Assembly: GCA_002633005.1 (NCBI GenBank)
Contig: NMRA01000888.1
Span: 43,176-92,762 of the forward strand
Origin: Phoronis australis
Taxonomy: Eukaryota > Animalia > Phoronida
Length of the DNA stretch: 49,587 nt
Direction of reading: 5' to 3'
A program made the position numbers and the translations under genes. Below, piece after piece: positions 1-12,537 of the stretch. Within the stretch, counting starts at the first letter, position 1. The number at the start of each line of letters is the position of its first letter. The notes beneath the pieces were generated by a model. It was not told the origin of the DNA, did no database searches, and saw only the letters and a list, made by a program, of their open reading frames with translations.

Positions 1-228
1 AGGGGCTTAAGTTTTTTAGAATGAGGACATTTATTAAGATTCACGAGGTACTTCAAGGCTACGAATTGCGTGTTCGCCAAATGTTGATAGTTCCTGCCTT
101 TTTAGTGAACTTTTGTCTCCGCCGTTTTCTACTTTTTCGGTGTTTTTGTTTCTCTGAGGCAGACCTTTTTACCCACTTTACCAAATGGGGGGAGGCTCAT
201 TGAGCCCCCCCCCTGGATGTGCGTATGA
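1..228. repeat. Interspersed repeat end, also at ~23570-23776
   Basis: Shared GACCTTTTTRCCCACTTTACCAAATGGGGGG...CCCCCCC...GTGCRT. Confidence 0.7.
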
Positions 229-791
229 CAAGAGCTCTGTTTTTCACAAAAACTTAAAGAGATTGGTTCACAGCAATTTAGTTGTAGTTGATATGTATAC
301 ACATGTGTTGACTGTTAATAAAGTTTGCTTATGAACCACATTTCTTTTTATTTCATACCCCATATTCTTCTATTATTCGTTTAAAACACGCTCCCACTTC
401 CCCACAAAATTTTGAGAACAGAAAATTTTGAACTTCGGCTATCTTCGGAACACGTCACATCAGGAACACATCAGGAATTCCTGACCCGATCACTGCCGAG
501 TCTGTCCATAGGTTTGTACTCTTGGCTGGTACTATCTGGCACAAATGGAATCTTTGTGTTTGTTAGAATCGGTTTATTATGCAATTTTTGCCCATTAATT
601 CTCTGAAATGTGACACATATGCACATGGTCATATGTGTTGCCATAAACATTTTACAGTAGGTTAGTAGGGACGTGACCTGATCATTGCAGAGTCAGCCCG
701 ATCCATTGCTGTGTGCTAAGAGGAGTAGGCCTACTTTTTTCAAGTGTAGACGGATTTTTAGATTTAAACTGGAGTAAATTTTTGAAAAAGA

Positions 792-986
792 ATGCCTGAC
801 CGTTGTGGAGTTGGAGGCTGTGGCAATACGCCAAGGGCTGGGGTATCTTTGCACAAGTTTCTCACTGATCCAAGACTGCGTCGCAAGAGAGAACACTTTG
901 CGAAGTCCACGAGTGGAGCGTCGCCGTATTCGGTAGTATGTAGCGAACATATTTCTATGGACTGCTTCTACAACGACAGCCTGTGA
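792..986 (+). pseudogene. Degenerate THAP zinc-finger ORF, probably a transposase relic
   Basis: MPDRCGVGGC...SLHKF...VVCSEH gives a C-x4-C...C-x2-H pattern. The conserved P, W and F positions are substituted and the ORF stops right after the domain. Confidence 0.7.
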
Positions 987-2668
987 TCCGATTATGGTTG
1001 TAAACCAAGATGAGTGAACTTTTAGAGAGTATTCGAAACGGTACATGCCGTCGCCTTCCAGAAGCTAATAGGCCTTGAGCTAGTTTTAACCTAACATTCA
1101 AAACGGCGAATAGCATCGACGGACACTGTAGGACAGGACTAGTGCTAGAAGTAACCAGTGGATTGCTTTTCTTTTGAATTACAGTTTTTGCAACGTACCG
1201 GTAAGTGTTTGTAGGTGGGTGTGCTGAATAGCTTGATGCTCGTTACCTGTCGTTGCAATCCATTGAATTTTAGCATAGTTGATTGCTAGCTGGACTAAAT
1301 GAACAGTAAGAGTAGGGCTGTCCAACCGATAAAAATTGAAAAATTATCAAAATCAGGTTAAGCAGAGCACATTTATTGCAATTTTGGTGGCGAAATTTGG
1401 GTCATTTGTTTGGATCTGGTTGGCCATCTTGGAAAACAGCGGCATAAGTTACGAGTTTAAGAAATATGCCAAGAATTGTTTCAGCACTATGATGACACTC
1501 GTGGCCACTTGACTTCGCTTTCCTCAATTCCTAAATGCTGTCTTCTGGTTTTTGAGCCTTGGCCCTTGGTAATTGCCTATTACTTGCACACCCATCCAAG
1601 AATTAAAAGTATCCAATGTAGTCAGTAGCAGTAAAGCTACCTAAGCTAACAGGATAACATCAGCTGACTGTCCTCTGATGAATGTTTTCATGCCAAGCAG
1701 ACGACTTTTGAAGGGGCAAAGTATGGACACAATAATTTCCTGACATTTGATTGGCTGTTCTGGCCATTTTGAACTGACACCTGGTGGCTAACACCATTAG
1801 TTGAAGCTATATTTTTCCAACTTTCAAATTAAAATTCTTACTAAACGTGAAGTGTATTCTTGGGAACTTTTTGAAATTGGCTTTTGAATTATGTAGATGG
1901 GTTTAATGCAAAGTTCCCGTTGCTCCCAGAAAGTAGCCACGGAGGTGAAAGATACGCGAGCTGGGACTATGGCCTTTTGTGTAGACACATGAATCTCGCG
2001 GAAGCTCAAAACTTTGAGAGAGATATTGCGATGTATAACAACTCACGTGAGCAGCATGCACTATCTTCCTTTGTGAGAGTCTTAGATTATATTTCAAAGC
2101 TTCAATCTTATCTATTATAGGCATATTGCTTGAATAACGTTTTTTTCCAAAAATGTTCATTTATGTTGGTTACCTTGCAATAATATTAGTCCACCTTGGA
2201 ATCTAAATAATGTTAGTCAACATGTTGTCAGCAGCATTCAAATTTAAAAAAGGGGTTCTGGAATTCAGTGAAGAGGCACCCTTTTGCCTTATTTTGTTGG
2301 CACTCAATTCACATGAAAGTGTTTCACTTGAATTATTTCCAATAGGTAAATAACCTTGGAAGAGCACAAATTTAGTGAACTACGACTAAACATGGTTCTG
2401 GTCTGGCCCACTCATTTTGAAATCTGCACTCCAATGTTTAAAAAACGCCCCAGCCTGCCTTATGGTCACTTTTAGGCATATTTTCAAAAGCTTTACTGTT
2501 TTTAAACATCTTAAAAGATGCACTATTTTTTAACAAGGCAGATGGGCGGCTTAAGAACTAGATCTTTTTTATGACTTTAATTGAACTGGTTTCTGATGAC
2601 AAGTTTTGAGTAGTAATCAACATGTGATTTCAGCTAATGAAATAAATGCAGTTAAAATCAAATGAAAA

Positions 2669-2674
2669 TTTATT
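2669..2674 (-). terminator. Candidate polyadenylation signal of CTSZ
   Basis: AATAAA on the minus strand, ~200 nt after the stop codon. Confidence 0.45.
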
Positions 2675-2870
2675 GGATTAAATAATAACATTACAAAGCA
2701 TAGCTCTGTGACCTAAATACCGAGATCTTTCGATAACAAAGCCTATATTGGTGATAGGTAAAGTAGTCTGGAATGATATAAACGTCCTCAGAAATCCTTA
2801 GGAATGACTTCAGGATAGTGTGAATACCTATGGGGGGATTATAACTTGTTATGTGGGACGGTCCATTTTC

Positions 2871-2984
2871 TCAAGGAAGGATAGGGTCGGCATAAGCACA
2901 ATCACTTTCAATAGCCAGATTGTAGTCATCACCATGGCCACCCTTGTATTTACTGGTCACAATCTTGAACCAACCATCCTCACC
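2871..2984 (-). CDS. CTSZ: Cathepsin Z exon 7 (last coding exon)
   Basis: [37 protein letters not shown]; TGA at 2873-2871. Confidence 0.96.
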   Translation of the reverse strand, partial: GEDGWFKIVTSKYKGGHGDDYNLAIESDCAYADPILP

Positions 2985-5900
2985 CTAAAATGAAGACAAT
3001 AACACAAAATGAAGTCCTACTCCAATTGGGTATGGGGTCGGGGGTCAAATATATTCCCGTATAGAGACTACCAGCAGTTAGGTCCCATGTTTGTGTGATA
3101 AAACACAATTCTTTGTTACTGCAATAAATGACATGCACTCCTAAACAGCTCTACTCTGTTAAAAGTAGGTATATGAATTAACTTCCGAAGTTTATTATAC
3201 AGAGAAAAAGAAAGTTGCCTTTAAAGAAAAACTATGTTAAACAATGAAAAGAAGACCATACATGCGATAAGTACACACAACGGAAGGAGGGCTAAAATAC
3301 TCCACACAAGGGGTGTGGTTTTGAAAATATCCTAACATCGTAAGTAAAATCATCTATAAATGTTTCAAAACGCGATGTGCCTTGGTTTTTAAAATTCTTG
3401 CATTCACCATGGGCCACCCGCTACAAATGTACGTACCCAAGGTGTGCCCCAGGAGTTACGCCCAATCCAGTACTCCACCTCAGTTCCATTGACCATATCT
3501 ACACCCCAGCCAGCAATGGAAAGGATATGGTTGACCTGAAATTGCAAGTGAAGACTTTTGACATATTCTAAAATGTTTATTGACTTCTAATCTCAGTCAT
3601 CTTTTTAGTCACTTTTGATATTTATAGACCTATTTCGCACACAATATGTCAAGTGAACTTTCATTTTGCCAAATTTCAAAACAAAGCTGAAGATAAATAC
3701 AATTTAAACTATTAGCATGGCTTGTACTGTGCAGATGTTAGAAAACAAACTTTTTGTAGACATTCCATAATTTGCATCAAGGTAGACAGCTTTCGAGAAA
3801 TACAAAAATGAAAATTTCAGCAATTACCAATGAGCAAATTAACAAGTAAAAAAATACAATAAGTTCAAATGTAACAATGTCCTTCGCTTAACCCTTTCAT
3901 GCAAAAAGATCAAACATTTAAATTTGTTCAACTTGTCACAGTGAACATTTCGACTGCTCCATGACAGTGACCCTTGCTGTGGGTGGACAGTCAGCCGAGA
4001 CAGAGGCACTAGAATCCTCAATACTAAACAAAATACTACTTCCAAAAACCTATACATACCATCGGCATGGTTCTCTGTTCTGCATAAATTCCTCCAGTGT
4101 ACTTTTCAAATTTCTCCGTAGCCGCGATACCACAACTAGAAACCAACGGCAGATAGAATGTTAATTCGATTTCCAGACAGAAAAATGTATTTCATCATAA
4201 GCACCTGTAGTTGCGTGAACGAAATCAAAAAGAACTAACAGTACCTGGAATTTCCAAAAATATTCAGAAAACGACCTTTCAATGATGTCAAATGAAACCA
4301 AATATAAGCATGAGTGTATTTTTTTGGAAAAGGAGGCCATATTTTCCGAAACTGCAATCATTAAAACTGTCTTTCATACTGTGCTAATACAATTAGTTAC
4401 CAACAAAGTCACCCAATGTCGCGTTAAATCATATTCATTTGAGTGCAATCGTCACCCCAAATCATAATGTTTTGGCAAAATAAACAAAATTTTATAAAAC
4501 AAAACATATATGCCACGGGAGTACTTTCGAAAATTTTTCCGAAAATACACCCATGGGCGTACCTATGTGTGGGCCTATTTTCGGAAATTCCCGGTAACCA
4601 TATTATCACGCATATTATGTTCTCCTTTTTCAAGCCCAGGACTGATCAAACAGGGTGAGTAGGTGCACATGCTGACTGAGAATCTGTCCATCTTACCACA
4701 CTCACTTGTTTAAGAACAACATGCAATTAGCCACCACATTTCAAAATGGGGCCGATATAAATACCCAAAACAATGCTACAAATAAAAAATAACATTAAGA
4801 ACAATAGGAAAATAAAAATATTGAAGATGAAACCTTTATAAAGATTTCGGTTAAAAGGAAAACATGAAAAGACAAGTAAGTGGCACAAAATTTGTTTTTC
4901 AAAAAGTCTAATTTTAATAATAGGAGTATTACATTTGAGGTCCCCCTCAACTAGATACATTTCTCCCAAAGCTTCAGATAACAATAAAACATGTATAACT
5001 ACAAAATCAGTACATGCAAACTGTGTTATGACTTGAAACCAAACGAAGTCAAATAAATATGCTTGACCAACCCCAGTAAAGACTACCTGATTGGTCCATT
5101 TTTGTAAATCTCTGCCATCATCTTGTCGCGACCTTTGACCATACCATAATCTCCAACCTTCCACTTCCTGTACGTCTGCACACTAAAGCACTGTCCAAAG
5201 GTTGTGCAGGTACCACATTGGTCAAACTTGTTACACTCTATAAAAAAGCAGACGAGTCACTGAGCAGACGATCACTGATCATTTAACCATACGTGTCGGT
5301 GCAATGCAAGTGTTTGAGAATAATAGCCTGATGCCACCAACAACTGCAAATACCATGAAGAGGCATACAATACAGAATGCATATTAAGTAAAAAATTCAA
5401 ACCTTTGAAAATGAACTGTAAAACATTCTAGTTATAAATAAGATACTGAACAACAAAAATAACACCCCAATACAATGCCAGCTATGACCTAACTTAAAGA
5501 ACACTTGGATGGGAAATGCAAAACGTCAAGTGTCATAAATATTATTCAGTTTTGAGACAAATTGCACAGATTATCTACATTACTATAAATGCTTGATTTT
5601 TAGCTAAATGCATAAAACAAAAGCATTCGTAATATTCATTTTTGTGGAAAACTGACAAAATAAGAATTCACTTTTTCGCCTTGATGTGTCCTAAATCGAT
5701 GAAATCCTACCATAAGTCACACAAATCAACATCACGTGATTCATTAGCAAATAGTAAATTACATCAATGACACAAGACAAAACAAAAGAACTACATGAAA
5801 TTCCACTATAATCGAGTCAAATTTACATAACACACCTTGGTCCTTTGCTTGATAATTGTTGCACGTCTCGTCTGGGATGCCATGGTCATGTGCGTACTTG

Positions 5901-8900
5901 TATACACCCAGGTTACCTCCTCCGTGACATGTGCCAGCATCTCCACAATCAAGTACATTCTGTACAGACAGGTATGCTGACGGCCAGGCACCTTTCCGCA
6001 TGATGTTCACTCTGTCAGCTATTGCACTGGTGGTACCCATAGCCCAGCATGACCCACAGTCTACAATATACAAAAATACAATGTAAGTTTAACATTCTCC
6101 AATTTGGGAACACTCTGTGAAATTGGGGTCACTGGAATGCAAGCCAAATGTGAATTTTATTGATTCTGAAGATTGGGACAAGGGAATTTTGGTGCTCAAC
6201 AACAAATATCGGACACTGCATTTTGCATTGAACATCAAAGTCTGAAATAAAATAGCTGCCAACACAAAATTTTTTTCTCGTAATTCTTGAATTTGAGACT
6301 GCCAAAAGCACGTATTTATAAAATTTGGTACAAGCTCCAACTTTGACCAAAATAATTAATTTTTTAGTATCACAAACAGTAGAATTTTTACCATAAATAC
6401 TCGGCAACTTTTTAAATTAGGATTTTGGTAGATGAGTAATACGAGTGTAACGTTAGTCTACAGTGTGAGTCATTGTCTATGTCTACACGTGGCCAACAGA
6501 GGGCAGAATGAGGCAGATTCTGAATAAAAGGGAAAATTAAGTTTTATGGTTATGTGGGACACTAGAAAAGTGTACAAATTTGGCGCCAACTTCAGAAGAT
6601 CATATCTGTAAAGAGGCTTGATTATATCCATAGTGATATGAAACTTTAAGATACTATAAATATGCTTTATACACTGTTCTACAAATTATAGTTAGGAATT
6701 GTTTTCAAAGTGTTCCACTAAGCGGCTATCAAATAATAGGACTATTTTCATAAAAAAATATAATATTTAAAAAAGTCTTGTCATTTGCAATATTAGTTCT
6801 CACAGTATGTGGTTGGCTTTTTGAGTTTTTGGTCATATGTTTGCATAGGGATTCTTACCCAAAAATACCTAAGCTTTGGCAACTAAAACTATGGATCAAA
6901 ACCAAAATGCAAGAAAGTTTTATGAAAACTCATTAAAAATCACAGCTTTGATCAATGTTTGAAGCATTCAAATAATACCTTGCTCAATATATCAATTAAA
7001 AGAAAAACTTGTAGCAGATGCTTAAACAGAAATGTCTGCTGCATGTTAACAAGGACAAAAAATATGCATTCACAGAACGAGAGAGTAACCTGCTGTCCCT
7101 TGATCACAGTAAGGTAAACAGAATAAATTATGCATAAACGGTCAGATGATGGCAGGGCAGCCTAGTTGAGTAAATAAATACCCCAGTAAAATACTTAGAA
7201 GATACCCTGGTCATGCTCTGTCACTTTTGTGTAAAATATGGTAAACAGTTGTAGTCACGTGAAAAATTGAAAAGCAACTACCTTGTGATATTAACACGAG
7301 ACAATGAGTCATAGTCATTTGTTGAAAAGTTTCATAGCCAGGATCAAAGATCCCTATTGACACGAATTTACATAATCTGTGAATCTGTTGGTTTAGTTGG
7401 CACAAGATAACGTCGTGATTGGGGAGATCAACAAAATTTAATTTAAACTGATTAGGTACATCAGAATTATAACAATGGAGAGATAAGCAGCAACTTATTT
7501 CATGAAAGTGACTTTAGACTGAAGACAGAAATTTCATCTTATGTTTCACACAACTATTTCTGAAAACTAATTAAATCACAATTTAGCAAAAGTAGAAAGT
7601 CTCTGAGAATATATCCATAATGCTAGTTATTGAAATAATTCTACGATGTGACGGGCTAATAATTCTATGACTAAACCTTTATTCAGTAATTGTCAAGTGG
7701 AAGCATCAGACCAAATTTCTGACTTAAGTCTTCAGTCACTTTTCATGAAACAGGCCCCAAGTGTTAGACAAACCCCTTCTAGATAATTATGCACCTTTAC
7801 AGGAGCCATTTAAGATTTGTTTGCAAGTCTATCACACTCATATGTGAAAGGTCATATATGTTGTGAGCAAAGGTCAAAGGTTAAGCAGATTGAATGACAG
7901 GATAAGAGGCGGTACCTGCCTTCTAAGTTCCATAAATGTAGAGCACAAGAAATGTGGGGCTTATGCCTGGTACTCTAGCTACATTATGTCAATGTCAGAT
8001 GTTGACTGCATGCGGGTTAACAGATACCACATGTGAAAAAGGAAGAAGATGTCTACATAAATTTGTTTAATTCATATTTCCAAAAACCAATACTGTTTTG
8101 GAAAATTCAATCACACTTTGCAAACAATCTTTCAAAATTGATTATGTTCCAAAAAATTCTATTTTGACAGAAATAAATTGTGTCCCAGTCATAATTAATA
8201 CATTTAAACCCCGTTTTGAATAAAAAGGATTGATCTAAGAAATGCACCGTCCTCGGAAGTGGAAAATAAATTCTTTGGGTTCACTGTGACTAACTCAAGT
8301 AAAAAAGTCAGGCAAGTCAGTTGTGTGTCACCAGAAATTCAGTAGGTACTCATGTTTCAACAAAGAATTTTGAAAAAGCCTCTAAGGCAGTGTACAAAGA
8401 ACACAGTAAACGTTTCCAAAACTGGACTCTCATTAAGAGAATCTTCCAGAAGAAATATTGGACCTCGCACTCTTACTGTTTATAACACTTGTAAAACAGA
8501 CGGGTACCAAAGCAACGCCGTCTTGGGTCATGATGGGTTCTTGATCTCACTAGAAAAGACCAACTTACATTGAGAAGTGTTTGTTGCACGTATTTCTGAG
8601 GCTGAGTGGTTGCTTGTTACAGTAAAAATTCTCTAATGTGGGACCATCTCTAGAATTTGTGATAGCAAAAAAACTAATTTTTTTCATTCTGGAATTTGGG
8701 ACAAGGGCGATTTTGATGTTCATCGTATGTCTCAAACTTCAAACAATGTGTTTTCAATCTAATGAGTGGCAATTTTGCCGTCTTTTGCGTGATTCTTGAA
8801 CTTGGGATGTAATGGCCACTATTGCCTACTTAAAGAATTTGCGGCAACCTCCAACCTTGAACAGAACAATTAATTTTTCCCTGTCCCAAATAGGAGAATG

Positions 8901-11900
8901 TTTACCGTAACAGGAACAGATTAGTTTACATTGAGGTATGAGTTGGTTCATAGTTGAAGTGAACAGATCAACTTACACTGAGGTATATGCTGGTTCCTAG
9001 TAGTACTGGCGTAGTTTGTGCCATTGACGTTTCTCCAGTCCCACTGTTTTGGTAAATCTGACACATGCAGGTATTCATGGGGCCTCTTGAGTCCAGGAGT
9101 GCTGAAATACAGTACACGAAGCACATTTACTAGCCAGCTTTGTGGTCATATAGTTATGCATCTGACTGGGTGCCAGGCTATTACAAAAATTCAATGATTG
9201 AATTCACAAAATAGTCTTTGACAGCAAACTCACCAGACACCCTATTATGAAAAATTAGATTAAGAAAATATATTCACGACAATCAAGCAAATTTTCATCA
9301 AGCCTGAGGATGCCGACAGTGATGTCAATTTCAAATTTAAAAAATACAACTTTATATAAACCTCTAAAGACTGTGCTACCACCAACAGCTGATTGAATGA
9401 CATTTTTCTTCACGTAAAAAACTTTTTCTGCCTTTTGTTCACCCAGAAACTCTGTCTACTATAGTGGTGTACGAAATTCAGCCGGTTCAGTAGCCATAAC
9501 CTGTTAGGTTTTTGTGAGAGTGAGAAAATCAGTTTGCTGTAGAGTTCGACTTTCAGTCTTGTAAATCTACTTTTGTCCTAAGGATGAACGGCAGTTGCCG
9601 ATTTGTCACGGAAAGTTACGAAATCGTGACAATCAGCAATTGCTGTTCATCTGTAACTCATCGGATAATTTTGTATCATCCTTGACCTTCAATTTACAGA
9701 GGAGTTGCTCTGGACGGGCTTTTTGGGAATATTTTTTGTGCTTTGACCGCGAATTTATTGCGAACTGGGTGAAACAGGACACCGTAAATGGTATTGGGAG
9801 AAAGAACAATTCCTCATGGTTTGTTGAACCTCTGTTTTGTGTAAATTTATTGCATTTTGTGTTTGCTATGGACGGCTGAAGTGAAGCACCCGTGGAATTT
9901 CTAGTCAGGAATGTCATACCTTGTAGTATTATACAGGGCTCGGCGCTATTAAAATTGCAAGGTCGCATTTTGCGACCTAGCCAAAATCCCAGGCCACATT
10001 TTCAAAATCCAGCTCGTATTCATAAATGCCAGGTCGGAAAATTTTCCCGCCATTTTACATGCCAAATTTGATTTTTTAGATCATTAAGAAAATGTTTAAA
10101 TTATGCTCTTACCTGCAGCGTTAAATTCTCACAAATTTCAAATCGCAAAATTGACTTCGTTCATACAGGTGCGGCATTACTGTTCTTCACGACCCCAATT
10201 GAAAGGCTCTAGAGCGCAAAGCAAGTTGTCGACGTGAAAGTTGAATCAGGTCAGTCACAAAACGACACCCATGTCACCAGTGTTAACAAAGCCAGAATTT
10301 AGTTTCTACATATTGAGAAAAGAGGATTTTTGAAAACTGAATTAGTTGTGTAAAATGAGAGTGACACACCATATAGGCTGCGTGTCAGTTTTAAACCACG
10401 CGCTATCCTTTGTAGTGTGCTATGATGGGCGCTAGCCTGAACTGTGAGTGCTTAATAGGAAATTCTCAGAAGCTGAGGGGGAACGCTTAATAGATCGATC
10501 AGTGAGCGCTTACTATGAAACACTCCAAAGGTAGGGAGTAGGCTTGTGCGTGAGCATAGTCGTTAACCTGAGTGTTTGCGGTAATAAGATATTAAAAGAC
10601 TGCAATGGTAAGAAACGTTAATATAATACGATTTTGAGAGGCAAACTCCATCTAGTAGGGGTGACTTTCTCTATGTCATTACCACCTACACTATACCCTT
10701 TTTATCCACCCAGAATAGTTTTGTTTTTAATTGCCCGCAGAGAAGAATAAAAAAGGGGGGTCTGAAGAGAAGAATAAAAAGTTCGCTAACCACAATTTTG
10801 CATCTAGTATCAGTTTAGTTGCAATAGCTGGCTACGGGCATAGAATATAGGGTTTAGGGAACCTCAACCTCAGGAAACATGGGGACAGGAAAATATGAGT
10901 TCTGGGTGATATCGGTCCTGTGGAATATCGTAAGGCATCGGGTCTTTTATAACCGCCGGGAATCTACAAGTTCATTTCCAAATAAACCACTGGCACCCGG
11001 ATGCTTAACAGAGCCAAGCCGGTATACTCTTTCATTTAGGATTGTCGCTGCTCTCTTTTGATGAGCAGCTTCAAAGTGGTGCACACGCGCGAGTTCACTC
11101 ACTTGAATCGCTGGAGTCGGCCTACACTTTACGTCGGCAACAACGTGTGAAAGACTCATTCGCGCACGTATAGCTCCAGAAACAAGTAAAGGGTTTGAGA
11201 ATTTCTTGGCAACAGAAAGTAAAGTTTCAATTGAAATAAATTGTTTTGTGTTTTGCACCCTAATCCGATGTGCACAGACGTTTTCAATGAGGATGTTTAC
11301 GTAAAACGCTAAGAACCCAGCATCAATTATCTCTCTGTATTTTATGGCTTTGGCTTTACAAAACTTGATCGACCCTGACATTTTGATACATTGTTCAAGC
11401 TACCCCTTGTTTGAGCAAATCTAAATGATGCATGTTTTCGAAAATATATTATGAAAATGCACAAAAATGTGGATTAGTGAAATAAGCTGTTGTTTTTAAG
11501 AAACATTTGAAAAAAGAAGCCACTCACTCACTGTTTATTATCATATTGTGAATATCAACATTTCTGGGTATTCGTTTGACGTTCATAAGCAGACGAACGC
11601 TGGAAACTAAAACGCTAGTGTACTGCATCAGAAGCTGAGGACGCCTGTGGTACAATTGAGGGCTAACAGCTCTATTACTTTAATACTAGGCTGATGAATG
11701 AGATACCGCACGACTTTACTTTAATAGTGCAATCAATCAATCAATCAATCTCTTTCATATTCAGTTTGACAAAACAGGCAAACACTAGCCGAAGGCTAAT
11801 ATCACCGACTGTAAGTCAGTGTAAGTGCCTGTGTGTGTAAACTAGCACACTGAAGACGAGACATGTGACGGGTGATATCGAAACCACAGATCGAAACAAC

Positions 11901-12252
11901 TTGTTAGTGTCACTATAAGTGTTACAGTTTTAACTTAAGTACTTAAAAGTACTAGAGTAAAGCACAGGTACCTTTAAGTAGCCCTTTACAATATAACATA
12001 ATTATGTTATATTGTAGAGGGCTACTTAAAGGTACCTGTGAGTAGTGTAAGTAAAGTAGTACACTTCCCGACTTGGACCTGGTAAGTTCGATAAGTTGCA
12101 AATTTAGCTTACCGATATCCCGTGATTCCTTTATCAAAGCTTTTATCGTAGCATCCCTTTGTTACAAATTTGCTAAACTTTGGTGTCAAAGCATTTACTG
12201 ATGAGCATACCACCAGAACAACAGTGAAGTAAAAGACCCGTACGCCAACCAT
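2871..12252 (-). CDS. CTSZ: Cathepsin Z (cathepsin X) precursor, 7 exons: join(12113-12252, 8977-9101, 5836-6060, 5087-5237, 4060-4135, 3437-3535, 2871-2984); 930 nt, 309 aa
   Basis: Manual splicing gives one open frame with all introns GT-AG and compatible phases. It has a signal peptide, a short propeptide containing [12 protein letters not shown], the cathepsin-Z mini-loop NQHIPQYCGSCW (catalytic Cys), VNHILS (catalytic His), WIGRNSWG (catalytic Asn) and C-terminal [14 protein letters not shown]. Confidence 0.97.
3437..3535 (-). CDS. CTSZ: Cathepsin Z exon 6 (catalytic His and Asn)
   Basis: [33 protein letters not shown]; tttcag| acceptor, |gtacgt donor. Confidence 0.96.
4060..4135 (-). 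CDS. CTSZ: Cathepsin Z exon 5
   Basis: [25 protein letters not shown]; ttctag| acceptor, |gtatgt donor. Confidence 0.95.
5087..5237 (-). CDS. CTSZ: Cathepsin Z exon 4
   Basis: [51 protein letters not shown]; ttttatag| acceptor, |gtagtc donor. Confidence 0.96.
5836..6060 (-). CDS. CTSZ: Cathepsin Z exon 3 (catalytic Cys)
   Basis: [48 protein letters not shown]...[13 protein letters not shown]; AG/GT boundaries. Confidence 0.97.
6085..6393. mobile_element. Older copy of the same TA-flanked MITE family
   Basis: Shares TTGGGACAAGGG, ATTCTTGAA and CTCCAACYTTGA...AATTAATTTTT blocks and degenerate TIRs with 8620-8907. Confidence 0.65.
7497..7758. mobile_element. MITE with TTTCATGAAAGTGACT inverted ends
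   Basis: Inverted ends at ~7498-7513 and ~7733-7750; related sequence in reverse at ~19640-19780 and near 47600. Confidence 0.55.
8620..8907. mobile_element. TA-flanked MITE (Tc1/mariner-type)
   Basis: TA|CAGTAAAAATTCTCTAATGTGGGAC ... GTCCCAAATAGGAGAATGTTTACCG|TA. Confidence 0.75.
8977..9101 (-). CDS. CTSZ: Cathepsin Z exon 2
   Basis: tttcag|C...[41 protein letters not shown]...T|gtaagt. Confidence 0.96.
12113..12252 (-). CDS. CTSZ: Cathepsin Z exon 1 (signal peptide and start of propeptide)
   Basis: ATG at 12252, [46 protein letters not shown]; donor CG|GTAAGC, phase 2, joins exon 2. Confidence 0.88.
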
Positions 12253-12292
12253 GATGCTGCAGCTCGTAAAGTTATTTCTGTTCAGTGCAAGT

Positions 12293-12329
12293 CCTTTTAT
12301 TATGCAAGTCACGAGACATGTCATATGAC
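12293..12329 (-). promoter_or_regulatory. CTSZ proximal promoter: two CLEAR/E-box-like motifs plus a TATA-like element
   Basis: GTCACGAGAC (12308-12317) and palindromic GTCATATGAC (12320-12329) resemble the CLEAR consensus GTCACGTGAC. ATAATAAAAGG follows on the minus strand, ~40-50 nt before the ATG. Confidence 0.45.
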
Positions 12330-12537
12330 ACGCGCGGTAGCGACCTCTTGTGCAAGTTCTGCGCATTGTGTTGATCTTCAGGGCTAACACCCTCCCCTCA
12401 CACCGGGATAGTGTGCGAGGAGAACCCAGCCAATCTAGAGGGTCTGCACAGGCATAGGCGGATTTGGGGGGGGGCAGCCCCCCTCTGGTTGCTGCAAACA
12501 ATAAAACAGTAAGAGCGTAGGGAAATGTTGAGTTTAA

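Noticed and set aside
1884-2160. Overlapping ORFs downstream of the orphan THAP, as a possible second exon or transposase
   Set aside because: No DDE or other motif recognised on either strand.
10947-11381. 144-aa minus-strand ORF in CTSZ intron 1
   Set aside because: No recognisable domain and not needed for the CTSZ frame; probably chance or TE-derived.
11845-11912. Possible hammerhead ribozyme (CTGAAGA...GAAAC)
   Set aside because: Stems I and II do not pair convincingly around the core.
12253-12501. N-terminal extension of CTSZ suggested by ORF 12109-12501
   Set aside because: It runs through promoter and MITE sequence; the ATG at 12252 directly precedes the signal peptide.
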